The notes under the pieces are model-generated. The model did no database searches and had not been told where the DNA came from. It worked only from the letters and a program-made list of their open reading frames with translations. Below, one piece after another: positions 1-12,500 of a stretch of DNA of 64,000 bases. The translations under genes were made by a program, and so were the position numbers. The stretch's first letter is position 1. The number at the start of each line of letters is the position of its first letter. The stretch spans positions 310,001-374,000 of the forward strand of contig OY253680.1 in the NCBI GenBank assembly GCA_958009085.1. Reading direction: 5' to 3'. This DNA is from Protoeuglena noctilucae (lineage: Eukaryota).

Positions 1-26
1 GCCCGCCCCTCTCCACTCCTCCGTAG

Positions 27-1540
27 TGCGCGTCATGAGGGGCAGCTCGTCCTCGACTTGGGCAATCTGATGGCGTTCGACCCGGCCCCCGTCGATGTCC
101 AGGCTTTGCGAGAGGACCCAGACGCTTTCCTCCACAGCCTCACCACCTCCATCACCCAGGTCAGCTCTCTCTCTGACAGATTTCGACCCCGCACACCCGC
201 GCTCCTTGCATACGCTTTGATTGGAGATCGAGGGCTTGCCGGCTGTGGATGCCCGGTGCGCCTGCAGTGCCCGACGCTCTCTCGCCTCTTCCCGCGCGCA
301 GTCCCTGTTCCACGAAGTGTTCGCGCTTCCGAGCGAGCCGGTGGACGTTGGCATGGGCCGCATGGCGACGCTGCCCGCCCCGACCACGCCGTTGCCACGC
401 GAGCTGCCGCTCCCCAAGCCCCGGCCCCCGACCAAGTGGGAGAAGTTCGCGCAGATGAAGGGCATTCAGAAGCGCAAGCGGTCCAAGCTCGTGCTCGACG
501 AGAACTCTGGGGAGTATAAGCGCCGGCACGGGTACAAGCGAGCGGGACACCTGGCGGACATCGCGGTCATCGACGCCAAGCCGACGGACAAGCCCGGGTT
601 TGATCCCTTCGCGGAGATGGAGAAGGAGAAGCGCGAGAGGCTCAAGAAGAACGTGAAGCAGCAGCACGCGAACCTCAAGGTTAGCGCACAGCGGCACGCG
701 TGGCGGATGTATGATGGCGCCGGGCGTGGTCGGGGGTGATGGCGCGGGGGCTCTGGGGAACTTGGGAGCCGAACACATGCAACACAACTGCGCTCTCCTT
801 TCTCCTCGCTTTGCAGAGGACGGCGAAGGAGGCGGGGAAGGCGGCGCTTCCCGCCGCGGTCCGGCTGACGGCGGGGGCGCTGGCGGAGGAGGGGAGGGGC
901 AAGCGCACAAAGCGCAAGGAGCTGGCCCCGGAGATCGCGTCCGCGTCGTTGCAGGCGGGGGTGAGCACGGCATCGATGGGGAAGTTCGACCGACGCCTGC
1001 GGGGCGAGAAGGAGGGCGAGCGGCAGCACAAGGCCGTGGTGTCGAAGCGGCGCAAGTTCCTGCCCGTGTCCGACCGGACGGGAGCGGAGCGGAAGGCGGT
1101 GGCGGGGGTGGTGGGGCGCATCGTGCGGGAGCGGGCGGACGACATCCTCGACATCGACCGGGCGGTGGGGCGTGTCGAGCAGGCGGCGCGGCATGCCAGG
1201 ACAGACGAGAAGCTGCGAGGGGCCCGGGAGGGCGGGGCGGGCAAGGTGAGGGCCTTTGCTCGTTTGCTGGGTGTTTGGGGCTGCAAGGGTGCTGCCGGTC
1301 GCTGCGCGGGGGGCTGTGCCAAGTGAGCTCTTTCCGCCGCCGCAGAAGGGGAAGCGCGCCAAGGGCAGTGCCAAGGGCAGTGCCAACGGGACCGTCAAGG
1401 GGGCCACGGGGGTCAAGGGGGGGAAGGTGAAGAAGGGGGGTGCGAAGAAGGCGGGCGGTGGTGGGCCTGGGAAGGCCAAGCCGGGCGGGAAGGGCGTCAA
1501 GAGTGTCAAGGGTCGCGCAGGCGGCAAGGGACGCAAGTGA
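27..1540 (+). CDS. RRS1: Ribosome biogenesis regulatory protein RRS1 (5' end lies outside the window)
   Basis: Exons approx 27-159, 302-679, 817-1245 and 1346-1540. Motifs DLGNLMAFDP, LPRELPLPKPRPPTKWEKFA, RRHGYKRA and STASMGKFD; Lys-rich tail. Confidence 0.93.
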
Positions 1541-2245
1541 AGACGAGCGATGGAGGACAGGCTCGCTTGCGGCGCGGAACCGGCGGAAGGCCATCCGTCA
1601 CATCACTGGCAGGGCTTCTCGGCCCTTTCCTGGTGTCGTGCGCGGTCCCCAAGGCCTCTATCTCGACGTCAACCTTTGCTGCATGGATTTAAGTCATTCG
1701 CGACAACTCACGTGTCGACGGCGGCTCTCCACGACGCGAAACGGTCCCCCGGGCCTCGGTCGTCGCCTCTATCGAAATGTCGACGAAATTTCCCATTCCT
1801 TGGATCACAAACAAGCGGGGTGAGGCGTCGAGCGAGAAGGACGGGCCGCGCTCGAGACGGCGGTAGTCTCGGGGCTTGCGACGCTCACAAGGGGCCGCCT
1901 TGGGGCCTCCCCGCGAGCTAGACCCTCTCAATTATGACGTTTGGTGACGATGCGCATGAGGCGAGCATGCGGGAGGCTCCCACGCCGCCGTGCGGGGGTG
2001 CGAACTATGGCCCCTTTCGGGCCGGCGCAGGGCGCGCGGCGGTGGCTTCCCGCGCCCGCTGAAGGCGCTCGCGTCGCTGTTGCTACGTCGTGGCTCTCCT
2101 GTTGCCGTTTCCGGTGTAAAATATCCCGCCCGCCCGCCCAACGGCCGGTGTTGATGCTGCGCACCCGGAGAAAAGCAGGCCGCGGGCGGGAACGGATGCG
2201 CGTGGCCTGGCACGCGACCTGCCCGTCTACCGTCCGTGTGTGCAG

Positions 2246-3317
2246 CTCAGGAGATCATGACGTGGAAGGACCCCAAGGCCTCGGCCGCGTTCCTGGGGGT
2301 CTGCACGGTCGTGTTTGCCGTGCAGCGGTACTACGGTGCCCTCGCTCCAGCCGTCTACACGCAGGCGCGTGCGCAGTTCCATCAGCGTGTCCCTCCGCAT
2401 AGCTGCCCGCCGCGCCGTGGCTCGGGGGCGCTCGCGTCGCGGTCACCGGCCGGTTGTCACATCATGCCCATCGGACCGCTGCCCCGCCCGCAGGCGGCGT
2501 GCGTTTTGATCGTCGCCATGTGGGGCTGGGCGGCCCTCTCGCGCTCGCTGAACCGCCGGGGCCTGGTGCCGCCGCCCACGTTCTTGGAGGCGGTGGATGA
2601 GAAGGACGCGGGGGAAGTTTGGAGGGCGGTGGTGGTGCAGATCAACAAGGTCCTCGCCTTCGTCAAGAAGCTCTATCTCGGAGACGACTTTGCGCGATCG
2701 GCGACCACGGTCGCCGTCCTCTTCGGCGCCTCTCACCTCCTGCGCGTGGTGCACCTCACCACACTGCTCTACCTGGCAGTCCTCTTCTGCATGGCGTGGC
2801 CCACCCTGTACACCAAGGTGACGGGCGATTGCCAACGTCTTGCTATCATCGTTTGTTCGACAAGCATCGCTGCGGCTGAGAGACGCCACCCTGTTTGCTA
2901 AACGGCAGCAACGCGCCCGTCGCTTCGCTTCTCTCCCACCGCAGTGCCCCTCGCCTGCAGCTCCCGCGCAGTCGCTAGCTACCAAACCACGGCCTTGTTC
3001 CAACCCCGCGTGTCGCTGTGATGCTCGCAGAACAAGAGGCAGATCGACGACGTGTGGGGCAAGGTGCAGGGGCAGAGGCAGGCGATGCTCGACAAGGTGC
3101 AGGAGCGGGCCAGGGGCGTTGCCTCCAGGTATCCGGCACGATCCGAGCCTCCGGCATCGGGCGGGAGCGCCCAGGGGTCGTTGCGAGACTCGCCCAGGGT
3201 GAGGGCCAGGCATGGTGGTTGCTTGTCGGCAGCCGTGACTGTTATGGGATACGTGAGAGGATGCAGAACGCTTTGTTGAGTCCTCCCTCGCAGCCAAAGG
3301 CGAAGAAGGACCAGTGA
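2246..3317 (+). CDS. Reticulon-like protein (first exon unresolved, upstream of 2246)
   Basis: IMTWKDPKASAAFL start of a reticulon domain, two long hydrophobic hairpins, PTLYTK|NKRQID, and a C-terminal ER-retrieval KKDQ* after intron 3199-3293. Confidence 0.82.
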
Positions 3318-3632
3318 GGACGGCTGAGCATGCGCACACCCTGTATGCGTATGCTGCCCTTAGCCCAGCAGCGCGGGGCTGGCGAACGAATGGCGCGGCA
3401 CTGGCTCGGGTGGCTGTCCGCTCAACACGGCTCCCTCATGCAACTGGGTCTCGCCAGCTGATGCGGCGCTGCAATGGCCGCAGTCGACGTGTGTGGATGC
3501 GCTTACTGTGCGCCACACATACGTGCGCCGTGCCGCCATTGCTCTGCTTCGGAATCTAAGAGGCCGAGAGCTCCGCCGCTGCGTCGTCAGTTCCCCTTTC
3601 CCTTGCACCACACATCAGACCATTGATGCCCT

Positions 3633-3665
3633 TGCACAACCCACGCCCTTGCAACCCACGCCCTT
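3633..3665. repeat. Short imperfect tandem duplication (caacccacgccctt x2)
   Basis: Read directly between reticulon and DNAJC21. Confidence 0.5.
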
Positions 3666-3867
3666 TCCCAGAGCTAGGCGGAGCCGCACGCCGGCTGAGA
3701 CCCGTCTTGTTTGAATGCATGGCCAGGTCAACGCCACCCCGCAAGCAAGCAGGTTGAATGATAGGAGCCTGGCAGCGGGTACAAAGTCGTCGCTCAAGGC
3801 AAGCCCAGTCACTCAGTCGCACTCGGTGGCAGAGGCGCCACGCTTGGCCCCTCACAAGCCACGCCCA

Positions 3868-6800
3868 CTAGCCCTTCTTGATTGCCGCGTGTCCCGTTTT
3901 CTCAATGTGCTGGAATAGCTTGGACCTGCTGGGGAACGTCGACCCACACACCTTGCACACCGCTGCCTGCTCCGACTGCGATACCAGAGGGTGGGACACC
4001 ATCCCAATGACGTATCATCTTTCATTCTACAAAAGCACATCTCAATAACAGTACTATCTCTCATTCTGCGCCAGCTATGTAACAAAGCTTTGTTACATAC
4101 CTGCACACCCGACCCGCTACCCTCTCCATCCTTCCTCACCTGCTGTTTGGCCTGCTTCCGCTCCCGTCGCAGCTGCTTCTTGCTCGCCGCCGCCCCAGGG
4201 TTCGCCCCCGCAGTCTCCGCCCCTTCCCCATCCACCTCGCCACCCTCCACCCCACCCTCGCCACCCGCACCCTTCGGCCCCGACCCTCCAGGCGCCGCCT
4301 TCCCGCCCCCACGCTTCCCTCGGCCGCGCCCTCGCTTCGATGAGCCGAGATCCCACTCCCCGCCCTCCTCCTCCGCCCCCACGCCAACCCCAGCCCCATC
4401 GCCACCCTCCCACCCCTGCCCTCGCCCGCCCCTCCCTTGTCCCCGCCCCCCGCGCCCCCGCCCCCCCACCGCAGCCGCCATCCTTCTCAGCATCTCCCCA
4501 TCCGACAACTCACTGCTCTCCTCGCTACCCTCACCACCCCCGTCACTCTTGCCATCCTCACTCTCAGCCCTGCCCTTCCCAACGCCCCCCTTGGCCCCTC
4601 CCCGCCGCGCCCCTCCCATCATGCGCAAAAGAGCATCTTCTTCCGAGTCCGACTGACTGCCAGAATTACTCCCCTCGGACTCTGAACCTCTCTGGCTCCC
4701 CTCACCCTCGCCCTCACTTTCACTCCCGCTGCCGCTCTCACTGCTCTCGCTGTCGCTGCCCTCCCCACTCCCGCTGCCACTGTCGCTGTCGCTCCCGCTC
4801 TCCCCCGTGCTGTCATTGCCAGAAACCTCCCCCGACTCCCCATCGCTCGAAGACCCCGACGACCGCGACTGCGACCCCTCGCTCGCACTGCCAGTTCCGC
4901 TGCCAGACTCGTTGTCAGATCCACTCCCCGAAGAGACGCCTGACGACAAATCGTTCGCCAAATCCTTATCCTCCTCCTCATCACCCAGCTCATCGTCAAC
5001 GCGCCCCTCCCTTGCCCCATCACCCGCCCCCTCCACCCCCACAGCCCACTCCCCCCTCATGCGACGCTCAGCCTTTCTCTCTTTTTTCTTCTGCCGCTTG
5101 CTCCCTGGCCCCGCCCCCGCTCTAGCCCCGTCGCCCCTCCCAGCCCCCGTCCCTGCCCCCGCCCCAGTCCCGGTGGTGCCTGCCCCGTCCAACCCCAGCT
5201 CGCCCAGTTGGTCCAGAAGGTCCATTGCCTCCTCCCTGCGTGCCCAGCAGAGAGACAAATGTCCACCCCAGGCCAAACATGCACTTGCCACCCCTTCCAG
5301 CCCTCCCACCCATCCCTCACCACTCTACGCACCCCTATGCACCCCTCCGACCCATCCCTTGCCACTTTGCATGCCTTCGCCACCCCACCCATCCCTCACC
5401 GCTGGAGCTGGGCCTTCAGTTCTGTCAGCGCCTTCTGGTGTGCCTTGGACGCCTCGTGGTTCCTCTTGGCGCCCTCGGACTTGAACACCTTGTCACACAC
5501 CACGCACTCCCACACCTCCGCACGCAACTCCTCCCCTAGGCTGTCGTCAGACGACCCTGTCGATGACCCCACGTCCTCACCCGCCTCCGCCGCCAACCTG
5601 GAAAGAGAACACAGGCGTCCGTGCTCTGGCTTGCAAACTGGCGACAACGCGGCACTCGCAGCAACTGCACATATCGCAATTACCCCACAGCAGTACTGTA
5701 CTGCACAGCAGCAAGTGCCGTGCTTTGCAAGAACCACAGCACCCATGCCCCCCTCTCTGTCACCTGCGTGCTTCTTCCTGCTGCCTCTGCCACTCCGCGG
5801 CCCTCCTCTTCGCCTCCTCCCGCTCCCTCTGCCGCCTGGCCTCCTCCTCCGCCGCCGCCTGCCGCCTGGCCTCCTCCACCGCCACCTTGCGCTCCATCAC
5901 ACGCTTGTCCCGACGCTTCACGAACTGCACCAGCTGCCGCACCACGTCGTTGAACTCGCGACGCTGGGGGGACGACGAGGAGCGATGCGATGAGATGATG
6001 AGGCAAGGGGCTACGCATGAGCAGTCACAATGTGTTGTGTGTCCTGGCCTCTGCTCTCTTTCTATAGCTTTGCCAGCCCTGGGATTCTCTGTCTCAAAAC
6101 ACATCCTTCCCTCTCTTTCCAACCCCACCTTCGTCTTGCGAGCCTTGGCGTTCTCCCTCTCCATGCCCCGCCGCTGGAAGCGGTTGACGGCGCTGGGCGT
6201 GTGGTATTGGTCCGCCCAGCTGAAGTCCTTCGCCGTCGAGAAGTCGCCCCACCAGTCGTAAAAGGCCTTAACCTGGGGCCATGGCGTGGCGTACCAGCCA
6301 AAGCCGGGGATGCCGTCGGGGGGCATACCCGGCCCGCCGTCCTTCTGTGCAGCATACGCCTCACGCTCCTGCTCGGCCAGCTGCGGGGGCGGCAGCGACG
6401 CGATGTTCGCGACACGGCGCGGCGGATAGGGCGCCGGCTTGCGTGGAAGAGCTCGCAGAGCAGCGCTGTGACCCTCACGTCAAAGCCCTGCGAGCCCCAG
6501 GCGATGCTGCTGCCCTCGAGGCTTAGCCGCAGGGGGCCCGCACCTTCGTGAAAACCTCGTTAAAGACGAAATAAAAGCCGCGGGGGCCGTCTGTGTATCC
6601 CTGATAGCACGTGGAGCTGAAGTACTGGTAGAGGTCCGGCTCGGAGGGAGGCGCCTGGGGCGACGCGGCTGTATCGAAGCCGGTGCCGCCGGCCTGATGC
6701 CGCGATCCCGAGCGGAGAATGGCGTCCCTGTGGCTGTCGTACCACGCGCGCTCGTGCTTGTCTGCGGGGCACGGCGGACTCTGCCGGCTGCCGTGCTGCA

Positions 6801-7019
6801 GGCAGCAGCCTTGGCGCCGCGGTTCGAGGCGCGCGTCCGTGCCACCTCACCGGACAAGACCTCGTATGCGTTGCAGATCTCCTTGAACGTGTCAGCCGCG
6901 CGCTCGTCGTCCGGGTTCTTGTCCGGGTGCCACCGCAGGGCTAACTTGCGGTAAGCCTTCTTGATGTCGGTGTCCGAGGCATCGGGCTCAATCCCAAGGA
7001 CCTCGTAGTGACACCGCAT
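3868..7019 (-). CDS. DNAJC21: DnaJ co-chaperone of the JJJ1/DNAJC21 family
   Basis: MRCHYEVLG...WHPDKN J-domain and [19 protein letters not shown]2H2 fingers [23 protein letters not shown] and terminal [26 protein letters not shown] at 3868-3870. Confidence 0.92.
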
Positions 7020-7624
7020 CGCGGCTTGCGGCCGGCAGGATCCGGCACAGCCTCGACAGAGGCAAGAAAGCAACAGGCACGCGACCTAGGGCGAACAGGG
7101 CTCACGTGGTGGGACCACCGACTTCCACGATCGACGACGCGGTCGTTGCCGAATCTATGGGGGCTTGCGGGCCACAGGAGCTAAGAGATAAGTCTGGCGG
7201 GAGTCCAGCGATGTCACTGCAGGAGCCCCTGAGTCGCAAACCTCTTCGGCGCTCCCCTCTCTGCATCTGTAGCTCATCTGCATGCTGCATATTACCGTGG
7301 TCCGCGAAAGCAACCGGCTGTATAAGCGCACGAAGGCGACTGATTCCCCAGGTGTGAGCCTGCATCGCAGCAAAGTGGGGCGTGGAAGCTACCAACGCGT
7401 TCCTATCTTGTTCAACGTGACGTTCACGTGGCGCAGCGCGTCGCCCGCGGCGCGCAGCCTGTGCGAACTCGCGCGTCGCATGTCGCAGCTGCAGCGCCCC
7501 GCGAGAGCGATGTGCGCCTGTCCGACGCCCGCAGGGGACTCCCTAGGTACGGTCCAGGTGTCCGAAGCCGCGAGGTCGTAGCTGAAGCCTTGTCGGGCGC
7601 CGCGGGGGCTGGGCACACGGAGGG

Positions 7625-8104
7625 ATGGACCTCACGCAGCAAGTCAAGAATGCCATCGCGACGGCTGAGCTAACGAAGCCGCGCAAGCCGTTCATCTCCG
7701 AGGACAAGGACGTGCGAGCACACATGCAGGCGAGCGCCCCCCAAACCTCTGCCTCTGCCTAAACGTTCCTCGCGCCCGGTTGGGATGGCGAAACAGTGGG
7801 GCAGGCTGGCGCGCATTGGATCAAAGCTACACGCTTAGCCTTTCCCTGTCGCTGCAGGCCCTGCAGCAGCTCTCCAACGGCAAGCCCGTGCCATACGGCT
7901 CGACGCTTCGCATTGTCGTGCATGAGGGGTCGCGGGCACCGCTGCAGCCCGCCCAGAAGGCGAGTGTCTGGCAGCTGGCCGCTGCGGCAACGGAGCTGAG
8001 GCGATGCAGCATACAACAACACCGTTCAGCACTCCGCACGCCTGCAGACGTCGAGTCACCCGGGGTACATCCGCAACGAGCTGGGGCGCTTCTTCACCTC
8101 GTGA
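7625..8104 (+). CDS. CFAP276: Ciliary microtubule inner protein FAP276/CFAP276-like, 87 aa
   Basis: Exons 7625-7729, 7858-7959 and 8048-8104 give MDLTQQVKN...MQ|ALQQLSNGKPVPYGSTLRIVVHEG...QK|TSSHPGYIRNELGRFFTS*. This resembles Chlamydomonas FAP276 as I recall it. Both introns are GC-AG. Confidence 0.85.
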
Positions 8105-8246
8105 TAGGGAGGCAGAACGGGTACCTGATGGAAATTCCAAAGCCGCTGGCAAGAGGGTTTGCTGAAGCAGACCCATCCATGCGTTGTCCCCTGCTAGTTT
8201 CATTGAAGAGTCTACATGCAACTACACCTACACCCTCACGGCGCGT

Positions 8247-9124
8247 TCACTGTCTGCCGGGCGGCGCCCACGCCTGGACCTTCTTCCAGCTCAAGCGCTT
8301 GTCCCCGTTCATCAGGTGCCCCTTGGGCCGGTAGGGCGTGAGGGGGTCGTACCCCTGCTTGTCCACGTGGAAGAAGGGCTTCTGCGTGGGAAGGGAAGAG
8401 ATCAAGACAACGTGACGTGTGACGGCGATCTCTCGACCGAGTTAACCCGCAAGAGAGGCAGCTTGGGGAAGCGCCCAAAGATGCCACGCTCACCGGCCAC
8501 TGGGAGGGCAGGTCGTCCGTCATGTGGTGTAGCCACGCGTGCCACTCGGGCGCCACCATCGAGGGGTCGTAGTCGCCGTACGACTGCATCGCCCGCGGCC
8601 CGTAGATGACGACACGATCTCGGTTCATCTGCGCAGCAGGGCAGACGGGCGCCGGGTCAGCGAACGCACCGTTTCGGCACACATCCGTGCACATCAATGC
8701 GCCTAAGCAAGCGCAAGGAGTTCTGGAGACGCGCGGCGCCGCGCCGGCCGCGCACCAAGGTGCTTCCCGGGTCGCGCTGGTAGTACTTGTTCCCCAGGTG
8801 GTCCGTGCCGACCAGTTTGTACCCCGACGAATGAATGACTCCCGCCTGCGGAAGCACGTCACAGGCGCCCGCGTCTCGCGCTCCGTCGCGCTGGAAAAGC
8901 CTTGCGTTCCCCCGCCCACCCTCGCGCGCACTTGGCGTCCTAGCGCCCGCCATTCGGGCCCCCGCAGCCCGCCAGTCGAGAGAGCTCGCCTGAAGAAGAC
9001 TGCCGTCCAGCAGCGTGAGGCCCGTCCGCAGCTCAGCGGAGTCCACCGTCCTGGCGACAGCCGTGGTGTCCACCTTCGGGTTCAGCGCCTTGGCCATCTC
9101 GGCCAGGCGCTTCAAAAAAGCCAT
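8247..9124 (-). CDS. NDUFA12: Complex I subunit NDUFA12 (B17.2)
   Basis: LVGTDHLGNKYY, RDRVVIY, YDPSMVAPEWHAWLHH and YRPKGH...KKVQAWAPP; 4 exons. Confidence 0.93.
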
Positions 9125-9522
9125 CCCGCCACCACCAGCCCGCTCCTCGTCCAACCGGCCGCGGCCAGCGTGAGAACAGCCCCTATCGCCCTCGCCACTG
9201 GCCAGCAGAGACTCTGGATCGAGCGGTTCAAAGGTAGAAGCCTTTGCCGTGTTCTGGGGACGGCAGGGTGCGCGGCTGAGTGAATGGCAACGTTCAGCGA
9301 TGGCGTGTCGGTGCAGGAATGGTCGCTGGAGCGAGATGATCCGGCTTCCTCAAGCATCCGCCATCCAGACATGATGGCGTGAATGGTCTGCTGCTTCCCT
9401 GCATCTGGTACGGCTCCGCATCGCCTGGAAGCCATGTGACGATCGGAGTGCTTGGTAGCTGCCCGGTCCCCGCATATCCGACGACCTTGCGTTCTCCATT
9501 GGGAGCACTGGTCGGCGCCAAG

Positions 9523-12500
9523 ATGGAGGGCGCCGGTGCGGACGCGCACCACGCGCTGAGCGTGGCGCAGCGTGCCGAGCAGGCACGTCGTCGACGCCCA
9601 GCCGGCACCTACGAGGTGCACCAGGACTTCCGCATGTACATGGAGAACAAGGTTGCCAAGCTGCGCGAACAGATGGAGCGGGACAGGCGGGAGCTCGGCT
9701 TGACAGGCGAGGAAGGGCAGGTGCTCACGGCGACCCCCACGGGGGGGCGATTGGCCCGTCTGCCTGTGATGACCGACGAGCATCCGTTCCTTCGCAGTGG
9801 AAAGCGACGTATTCGCAGGCGTGTGCGTGCACGTCAACGGCCACACGGTGCCCTCGCACCAGCAGATACGTCTGCTCATGCTGCAGCACTGCGGCATGTT
9901 TGAGAATTACTTCGACTCGGGCGTCGTCACCCACGTCGTCTGCGCTCACCTCCCGGACGGTGCGCGTGGGACCCTTGGCACGGCCAGCCTTGTCGCGTCA
10001 TCAAACTTGCGTGTGTCGCGCTTGCTGGGACTGCTGCCCACTTCGCTCTGCTCTCCCCGCAGTCAAGCTGAAGCAGTACGCCCAGGCTCGGTCCCCGCCC
10101 ACCATCGTCCGGCCAGAGTGGGTTGTGGAGTCGGTGGCTGCGGGCAGACTCCTCCCCGTCGACCGCTACCAGTTGCAGCGGATCGAGCACCAGCCAGGGC
10201 AGCCCCAGCTCTTCAAGCTTTTGGCAGAGAGGCCCAGGGGGGCCAGGGAGGTACAGCACGAAGCACGTTGGGAAGGCCAACGTGCCGAGGCGGCTGATGA
10301 AGACGGGGAAGGGGGGCAAGGCATCCGGGAGGGTGTGGATGGGGCGAGCGAGTGGGGTGGGTGGGAGGACGACGGGGATGGTGGCGCTGGGGAGCCAGAG
10401 GAGGGTGATGGTACACCAGATGAGTATGATGACGAGGGCAGCGTGTGGCTGGGCGATGACGGGGCAGCTGAGCCAGCTCTGGAAGGCGATGGGGTGTTTG
10501 GCGACAACCACGGTGGCGAGGGCGCCGGTGACTTTGCAGCAAACGACGATGACGGTGGGGATGGTGGCAATGGGGCTGGCGACGGTGGGGAAGGTGTGTG
10601 TGACGGCATCGGACCGGTGGGGCCGTCGGGTGCCGGGGAAGTCTCCGCCCTGTCGCTCTTGGGTCGCCCCTTCCGTGCTTGGGAGGACCCACCGTGGCTG
10701 GCTCCTAAGGCAGAGCCCCGATTCCCACCAGAAGAGCTGCAGAGGATGAGACGAGAGGCCCTGCAAGATCCGAGGTACCAGAGGGCCCTTCGCGTGGCAC
10801 AGGCGAGTGGGAAGCTGTTCGCTCGTGTTGGGTGCTTGCCTTAGGTCCGCTTCATGTTTCGTGGTGCAATGCACAGCCTTGGTTCGACTTCCTGGTGGGG
10901 CACATGTGGTCTCGCCAGGCATTGATCTGGCTGCTGGCGTCGCCGCTGCCGACCGTCAACCGTCCCCGTCACACCTCCCTGCTCCCGCTCAGGAGGCGCG
11001 GGCGGCGTGCGAGGTGCTGCACATGGCGCCGCGTTCGTCTAAGGAGGACCCTCGCTTCGTGGAGACGTATTTCAAAGCATCACGGCTCAGCTTCATTGGG
11101 TCTTGGAAGTCGAGAATCGAGGCGAGGCACTGTGATGGGGGGATACATGTGACACCCACCCATCCTGGGTGTAAGGATGTTGAGACCCCGAGTCGACTGA
11201 CACTGGCACTGTTAACTGTCGAGACAAGGAAGCTTCTGCCCATGACTGCCATCCACGCCATCCACACCCGCAGACCCTGACCCTCTCCCTCCTGCCCTCC
11301 GCGCCCGTCCCGTCCCCCTCGGGACCCCGCACCGTTGTCCACATCGACATGGACTGCTTCTTCGCATCAGTCGCATGCGCGGGGAGGCCCGACCTCCAGG
11401 GCTTCCCCGTGGCCGTGTCGCACTCGGCCAGCGCAACGGGGACCGCGGTGAGTGTGTTGGGGGCAGGGGTGCTTGAGAGGTGGGGGTGACTGGGATGAAA
11501 GGTGGCTGATGGACGGGGTGTGTTGGGGGCAGGAGTGCTTGGGGCGGGGTTGGTGTACTGGGACGGTGCTTGGGGTGACACTGCAGCAACTATGCAAGGA
11601 GGGCCCTGGCCATGCATCCTCGGTTCATGCCGAGATGGCCAGACCGGGAGTGACAAGAGCAATGCCGTATCTGCTGTGCAATGTGTGAGATCACGCAACG
11701 CTGCCCCATCCCATCCCCCAGGACATCTCATCTGCCAACTACGCGGCGCGGGCGTTTGGGGTGCGCGCCAACATGTGGATGAGAGAGGCCAAGGAACTCT
11801 GCCCGCACCTGATCGTCATGCCGTATGAGTTTGACCGGTACCACGCCGCATCGGAGCAAGTCTACCGCGTCCTCATGGTGAGTCATTGTTTGCAGCAAGC
11901 GAGTGTCGGGCATAGACGGTGTGCAGCCCTTGCAGCACAAGCAATAAGTGACAGCAAGTATATCTGCCACAGTAAGTATATCTGCCAACTGTGCCTGCCA
12001 ACTGTGCTGCATACCCTCACACCCGACCCTGTGGCCTGTGACACCGCAGCGGGTGTCCGCGGCGGTGCAGCCCATGTCCTGCGATGAGGCAGTGCTAGAC
12101 ATCACGGGACTAGGGGACCCATGGGAGATATGCGCACGTCTGCGCGCGGAGATTGAGGCACGCACGCAGTGCACCGCGTCCTGTGGCGTTGGGCCCAACA
12201 TCCTCCTTGCACGCATCGCCACGCGCCGGGCCAAGCCCAACGGGTGCGACGGGGGGTGTGCACGTGCTTATGAGCGACAGGGCTCGACACAGCGCATGTA
12301 CTGGCTATCTTTGCCCTTGTTGCCCTCGCAGGGTGGCCGTGATGACGATGGACGAGGCACCAGCCGCACTGGCACCGCTCCCCGTCACAGAGCTCCCAGG
12401 AGTAGGGTATGCCACGCGCCAGAAACTGGAGCGGGCGGGGCTCGCCACGTGCGGCGACGTGCAGCGCGTGGGACTGGCGGACATCCAGCGAGTGCTGGGT

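Noticed and set aside
161..1594. Long antisense ORFs (e.g. 161-1594, 41475-43559, 16791-18101, 48538-49602)
   Set aside because: Shadow ORFs caused by high GC content opposite real genes; Pro/Arg/Ala-rich with no motifs.
2365..2493. Additional GC donors in reticulon (2365) and the orphan at 58935
   Set aside because: Plausible but ambiguous (in-frame read-through or a nearby in-phase GT), so excluded from the count.
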